The notes beneath the pieces are model-generated. The model was not told the DNA's origin. It did not search any database and saw only the letters and a list, made by a program, of their open reading frames with translations. A stretch of DNA of 64,000 nt from the human T2T-CHM13v2.0 reference genome, Homo sapiens: assembly GCF_009914755.1 (NCBI RefSeq), contig NC_060925.1. One strand, 5' to 3'. Shown here piece by piece: positions 55,280 to 64,000 of this stretch. Both the position numbers and the translations under genes were made by a program. Numbering within the stretch: position 1 is the first letter of the stretch; every line of letters begins with the position of its first letter.

Positions 55280-56470
55280 GCACCCTGGCCTTCCACTTTC
55301 CACAAATGACATTGCCTCATAATTTATTCAGAAAAACAGAAACCGTATATAGGAACACCTGCCTGCACCCATCTTCTCCACCTCTGCTCTCATGGAGATA
55401 GAAAAACCATCCCATACCCATGAAAGCTAATCCCCTGTGTGTGCACAAGATCCCTTTCTCTTCTCCTTTTCTCAAGGACTTTACTCCAGCTCTTTGCTCT
55501 CTCTCCTAACCAGTGTCTCCCTCCCTATCAGATCATTTATGTCACATAAAACATACTCTAAGGAAGAATATCTCATTTTTAAAAGCACCACCCCTTGAAA
55601 CCATATCTCACATTGGCTAATAGCTCATTTATTTTCTCCTCTGCACACTTAGCCTTCTCAAACAAGTTGTCAGCACGTGCCATTTCCACTTCCTCACTTT
55701 TGATTCACTCCTCATTCCACTTTAGTCTGGTTTCTGTCCATCTCTCTCAAGAACACAGTCTTAACTCCAAGTTCTTCCTACTCCACTGCTTGTAAGCTCA
55801 ACTTCCAAATGCCAGCACCTACACTTCTTTACCCAGTGGCCTCTCTTGCCACTGTAGCTCAATTTGCCTCTGCAAAGCAGACCAGAAATGCCAACAAAAC
55901 AATGTCTTCTCCCCACGCCAGGAACAGACCTCAACAAATGATTGACTGGGCTTAATGAATAAATGATGCCCGTCGTTTGAGGTGACCCTCTGAGAAATGG
56001 ATTTTGCACCAGCTTCCAGGGTTTTCCCAGCAATATCCAACATCAGTTGCCCACACTGGTAGCTGCCCTGATAACACACCTTTTATCACCTGTCTTATCT
56101 TTCTTGTCTGTTTCCCGCTCCCTCTACTTGAATTCTTATTCCTGAGTTTGCTGCCAAGAAATCCAAACTAAGACAACCTCTATGATGCTAACTCTAATAC
56201 ATTTCTCCATCTCATATCACCAAGTTTTTAGTTGAAAGCTCTCTCTTCTGCTGGCTTTCAGAACACCACACCTTCCTGATTTGCCCCTGCTTCACAGACT
56301 GATCCTTTTCCACCAGACCTTTCATATTGGAATGCCCCAGGCTTTGATCCGCATGTCTGCTCCTTCTTTTCCTATCTTTTTCAAATGACTCAAGTTCATA
56401 TATCTAGCCTGGCCTCTCTTCTGAATTCCAGACTCACTCTAGATATTAATTAAAAAATTAATCTTAACTT
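55280..56470 (+). mobile_element. L2 fragment, split by an LTR
   Basis: TTGCCTCATAATTTATTCAGAAAAACAGAAACC...GGCTTTCAGAACACCACA...TCTTCTGAATTCCAGACTC. Confidence 0.7.
55810..56175 (+). mobile_element. ERVL solo LTR (LTR16-like)
   Basis: CAGTTGCCCACACTGGTAGCTGCCCTGATAACACACC...ATCCAAACTAAGACA end. Confidence 0.6.
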
Positions 56471-56489
56471 TACATTGAACTTACTTTCC

Positions 56490-56720
56490 TATTGTTTTAT
56501 GGTACACCAGACATTGTATAAGTTCTTTGAAAATATTATGTCATTTAGTCCTCACCACAATGATCCAAATCATTACACTTCTCAGGCAAGGAAAGCACGC
56601 TTCCAAAAGACTGGGAGCTTGCCTGGATTCATGGAGCTGGTGAGGAACAGCACCAGGATGTGAAGCAGGTGTTTCTGACTCTGAAGTTTGTGTGCTCTTA
56701 ACCACCAGGCCACTCTGCTT
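56490..56720 (-). mobile_element. MIR
   Basis: TCATTTAGTCCTCACCACAA...TCTGACTCTGAAGTTTGTGTGCTCTTAACCAC. Confidence 0.7.
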
Positions 56721-59689
56721 CCTGTATTCCTGCTTCCTTTGTTGAATGGGCATATAGGTTTTATAGAATGAGAAACTGCTGAAACTGGAAGAGAACTTAG
56801 TGATCATCCAATCCAGCTCTTTCATTTTATAGTTGTCCAAAAAAACAAATAATTTTCCTGAGATTTATTTAGCTATCTGCTTATATTTATCATAGGTGAT
56901 TATTTTCATGCTTTATGTTTGGGGCTGTAAATGGTGCCAAGATTCTTTGCTTTTTCTGAGTTGATTTTCAGCCCTGGAGGCACTGTACATAAATGTTGAT
57001 GACACACAACTTCCTAACCACCCCCCGCCCCACCCCGATGCTGGAGAGAACCCTGAAGGGTCACCATGTCATTTCTCTTAGAGACTTTCTCAGGTGGTGA
57101 TGATTTTCCAATTGCACAAGCCAATGACTGGAATTTTAACCACCAGAACCCTGTGAATGTATCTCTGTTAAATATCTCCCCTTCACCACTAAGGCTATTT
57201 ATTGTGCTGTATCCAGAGCAATTCAACCCAAGACTGTATCTATGCCAGAGACATGAATAAAAACTATTTAAAAAAAGCAGCCATCCAGATGTTCTTTGGC
57301 AATGACAAACACCCAGACATTTGGAGACATCTGGATGACTGACTGACTTTTTCAGTTTTCATCTGGAAGATTAAGATTATTCAGACACAGTATGATTACA
57401 TGCTGGATGATAATAAACAAATCTTTGACAATGTCCACAGGATTGCAAACATCTGGGTGAAAAACTCAACAATCCAGCTAACCATCCAAATGTTTGGCAT
57501 CATTTAAACAAAGCATTGGACAGCAGGAGATGGGCAAAATCCAAAAAAGGAGGCAGGAGGTATCCAAAGCAAACATTGCTTACATAAAAAATTAGTTTAC
57601 ATTCAATTTAAAGGGGAAAATGAGTTAGGAATGGTAAACTTATTATTATCACCCACATCCTACAGCTCTTCTCTTCTACAATGGCCTTTCCAAACCTACT
57701 GAAGTCACAGAACCTCCAGAATTTTGTGGCCAGGGTCTAATCTTCTTACCTAGTATGGAAACTTTTAGGCATCACACGAGAATAGCAAAGTCTTGTTTTT
57801 TGTGTGGTTTCCTGGTCCACCTAAAAAGACAAAAAGTACATCTGGGGCTTAAGGACTTCTCAACAAAAAGAATGCAGGTCTCATTGCCAGGGGTAGGGAG
57901 AGGAGGGTGCCTTGGGAATCAAAGCAATAGCCCTCAGGTATGAGAATGCTGGAAGATAAATGAACCATTTCAGGCTGCTGATTCAAGGTCACTAAAGGAT
58001 ATGTTGAGTTACACAATGAGACAAGGGTGTGTGTCCCCCCAAAAGAAAACTTAGTACTATGCTTTAATTGATGAAGAAAAGAAGCGTCCTACTCATGGAC
58101 AAATAAACAAAATGTTGATGTTGGGGCTGAGAGAGATGTCCTTAGAGGAAAATTTTATTTTTGTTTGTAGCAGAAATGGCTCTTAAAGTAATAATGGCAG
58201 CTACGGGAGCACCAGCAGCAGAAAAGTAGTGCCCTGGTGGTGACAGCAGCATCAGACAGCTTTAAGTACTGGCAGCAGAAATGGGAGATTGGTTCCTGTT
58301 GGTGGAGGAGTCAGAGAACCAAAGCATCTGCAGGTGCAGATGAACAAAACTAAGTGTAGGCTGGGAATCAAACATTTTTCTGCATGTAACCTGAGCCCAT
58401 GATTTTTCTTTTTGCTGCTATATTCCAGAAATACAAGGATTTTTGAGCCAAAGAAAATTTGAAGCATCTTGATGTTGCTTTTCATCTGGGCCATGTTAAG
58501 GAAAATGTAATAAAACTTCCACCACTAGGCTGTTATACTTGTGATATTTGCTTCCTGGCCATTTTCCTTGACATTATCTGGAAACAAATGCTCTGCTGGA
58601 GCATGAGGAAGAAAGTGAAATTTGCTGACCAAAAAAGGAAAAAGACTTTGGACTCAGAAATAACATTCACACAAAAATATGAAAAACAACAAACAGTAAT
58701 TTTACAGATAACCCAAAGCTGAACTTCTCTTGCCAAATAGCCCTTGAGTTCCTTGCAAATTTAAAAACCATTATCCAAAACCAAGATGGTTTCTTAGAAA
58801 ACGTCTGTCTCTTGATTAGCCACCAAAAGACATGGAAAAATATATATATTCCAAAGGCTCCTTTGGATTATGTAACAGTGAAGGTCTGTGTAAATTCAAC
58901 AGGGCCTTCATTCCATTGTGCTAACAGCATTTAAAACCAGATGCTGGCTCTCCCTGTCTCTTTGCTGGAAAAATTACTGTCAACATGCATTGTTTCTGAG
59001 AGAAACTTAAGGCAAAACAGTCTCCAAGTTCTGTAATTAAAATAAGATTTTCTTAAAAAAAAAAAGCTATACAAAATTCTCTGCATTAACACTTTTATTA
59101 CAAAAACATCCCTTAGGTTACAAAGAAATTACTTAGAAATAATCAAAATACATACAAAAATATGTGTCTTTTAAGTAAGGCCCACTATATGTCTTTGTGA
59201 TCTTGGGCAAATTATTTTTGTGTTCTAAGCGTCATGTTTTTCATATGTAAAGTGAAAGGTTTGGAATTCCATCGTCCATAAGGTCCCACCTGGCTCTATG
59301 AGTTTGTAAAAATATTTTCTATTGAGTGGAAATTATAGCCACCACTAGTGTTATTTCTCCTAAGTAATCCATTCAAATTCTGTATTTGCTTATATCAGGG
59401 CAGAAAAGGGAGTGTTATGGAAGCAATATTAGTGGTCTTGCTCTAAGAAAATCTAAACAGTAAAAACCTTCACTTAGAGAACATGAAAAACTATGTTGTT
59501 TTTAAATTCAAACTATTCACCACAGAACCCTTTAAATAAATTCCTCCCTGCAGAATTCAAATCTCATGTGCCAGTTACTAAAATTTAATTCACACAACTA
59601 TTGTGTCTGACAAAATCCCCTACAAGGGCAAGCCATGAAGATTCTGTAAAGATAGAGTAGGGTGGCAACAGGTACAAGTTCCAAGGGAT

Positions 59690-60210
59690 ATTGTAGAGGG
59701 ATCTTGTAGTAGCCAGATTTACAGGGCTCCTCCAGGCTTGTATGCCTCTTCTTTGAGAACATCATACGTATAACAGGTGTGAGTCCAGTTGGTCAGGTTT
59801 GGACTACATAACCCCTCTTTCCCCATCTGCAGCTATGGATGATTTGACCGTGAGTGGATTGATGAAAGATGAACCAATGGGATTCTTTCCCCTGAGAATC
59901 TGGAGTTGGGATGGAGAGGCTGGTTATTTGCTCCAGTGTGTTTAACTAAACTGAGGACATACAAAAAAGTTCATAGAGCAAGACACATAAAGATGTCCGG
60001 GGAAAGAGATGGAGACAGAGGGGAGAGAGAGAGGGAGAAGGAGGGGGAGAAACAAGAAGCAGAGAAGCAAGGAAACCAGAGCACCTGAGGAATTTCTGTG
60101 TCCAGATCTCCCGAGACCCCGACATGTTCCCGCTCAAGCCACCCTGGGTTTCTTATTTCAGCTAGGCTTACATAAATTCACTATAACTAAAAGAAACCTT
60201 GTTTGAAATA
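59690..60210 (+). mobile_element. old MaLR LTR (MLT1L/M-like)
   Basis: GAACCAATGGGATTCTTTCCCCTGAGAATCTGGAGTTGGG...CTATAACTAAAAGAAACCTT. Confidence 0.5.
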
Positions 60211-61029
60211 GAACTTACAATGCCTATGCACATCTGGGCTTTTACATCAACCAATTTAATACTAAAAATTTGTTTTAATATGTAAACAATACAATGTTTA
60301 TTAATTTCACAAATACTTATGAATTACCTATTATGCCTCAAGTAATAGACAATCAGAATGTATTTTTTCAACTAATATCAGGTTCTGGGAGATGCAAAAA
60401 TAAATGAGAAACCATTCTTATCCCCAAGAAGCTTACATTTATAGAGTGCCAACTGTATCTATCTACTTTGTTAAGATTATTACTATGACTTGATGGATTT
60501 AGTATTAATAAAAGTTAAATTTCAATGCATTTGCTTTTGAATTAATAAAGGCAAGTTGCTCTTTTAAACCAGTCTTTGTTCTGTTTTTCTACGAGTTGTG
60601 TTTGATTTCATCCCACTCTACTAGAGTTAAAACACTTAGGGCATTTGTGCCTGTCTTTGGCCCTTTCTTCTACCACAATGTGGGGAATAACATTGCTTGA
60701 GGCTTTGAACTCAAGACGATGGTAGGCCCCCTAAGATTGTCTTTTTGAAGCACTCATCTCTTTTGTATACACTTTAATAGAAGTTATGTTTGTGAGATAA
60801 ACTAAATTCTAATAGAAAATGTACATGTACAGAGTTTAATTAATATACTTAATTCAATTAATTTTAGGTAATAAGTTTTAATTTTAGTGGTTCTATTTAT
60901 TTCTTATCCACACTTTCCATCTACCTTTTGTTATTGGGGAAAAACAAACATTCCTTGGTTTCAAGTCAAAACTGTCAAAATTGCTACTTCCCCTCCCAAT
61001 TAGATGTAATCAAGGAGTTCTCGCATATG

Positions 61030-61205
61030 TTTCCTAAAGTGGTTGCCAATCAAAATAACCTGGAATGCTTGCAAAAAATACTAACATCTGGGATACACTA
61101 GGTGTCTCTGATTAATTGGATCCGAAGATAGGCCTGAAGTCTGTATTTTCAACAACTTCCTGGTGGATCTTAATGTGACTAGCTGATCTACTGTTTAGAA
61201 GACTG
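61030..61205. mobile_element. MER5-family MITE
   Basis: TCAAAATAACCTGGAATGCTTGCAAAAAATAC...CTGTATTTTCAACAACTTCCTGGTGGATCTTAATG. Confidence 0.65.
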
Positions 61206-61251
61206 AAGGGTTGCATTGAGGAAGGTCAGCAAGAAGAAGAGCACTCATTTC

Positions 61252-61444
61252 CAGGGCAGGGTGCCACACTCAGCTATGTACATTGTGTACTGCCCAAGAG
61301 CACCTGCTGGGAGGCAGTGGGGGCTAAACCCAGCCCTGACCCCTCTTGCCTACCACGTGCCTGCCACAGGACTTCATCCGCCCAGAGGAACAGGTGCCTC
61401 TTTCGCATTTGCTCTAAAGCATTGATGATCCAGCTGCAGCCCTG
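61252..61444. mobile_element. MER91A-like hAT-Tip100 MITE
   Basis: CAGGGC...GCCCTG inverted termini; internal GGGGGCTAAACCCAGCCC and TCCGCCCAGAGGAA. Confidence 0.75.
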
Positions 61445-61779
61445 TTACTAGAGACAGCTGTGTGATTTCAGCCCCCATGCCACACAATATCCAAGCCAAC
61501 TCAACATCTGCTGACATCTTTTTAACAGAGCATCCTTCTCAAGACCAAGTCACCACACGAAAATTTCTTCATACCTATTTTCTAATCTTTTTTTTTTTTT
61601 TTTGCTTAAAGAATTTTACTCTAGGCTAGAATTTCCCAAAATATGTTCTGGGGACCTTCATCCTATGTGATAAATATCACACATGTGCACATGCACATAT
61701 GCACAAGCCCATCACATAAATCTGAGAAAAGCAGCATATTCTATTTCCCTCTTTGACATTAACAGCACATGTTAGCACA

Positions 61780-64000
<2,221 letters not shown>

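Noticed and set aside
57278-57497. CRISPR-like repeat-spacer array
   Set aside because: Repeats are ~10 bp, degenerate, mixed in orientation and irregularly spaced; mammalian DNA with no cas genes.
58400-58740. Coding exon after the acceptor-like TATATTCCAG at 58428
   Set aside because: All three frames stop within about 45 nt of the acceptor.

Overview
Primate (very probably human) non-coding genomic DNA, intergenic or deep intronic. I find no supportable protein-coding gene. The long ORFs are all transposon relics (L1 ORF2, HSMAR2 transposase) or chance/antisense frames. Much of the window is interspersed repeat: Alu/FLAM, MIR, L2, old L1M and L1PA/PB pieces, MaLR/ERVL solo LTRs, hAT and Tigger MITEs, a near full-length HSMAR2 mariner and a MADE1. 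Repeat families were recognised by eye against remembered consensus sequences, so subfamily names and the edges of old elements are approximate. I could not identify the locus and see no evidence for a new multi-gene system. The most notable items are: a ~133-bp segment apparently copied from 1.17 kb away into an L2 (34993-35126 vs 36164-36295); a tailless U6 retropseudogene with a target-site duplication (TSD); a probable retrocopied mRNA 3' end (40400-40761); a CpG-decayed palindromic repeat element (57278-57497); two sharp palindromes (38339-38352, 53494-53518); several repeat-free, motif-dense enhancer candidates; and candidate minus-strand exons.
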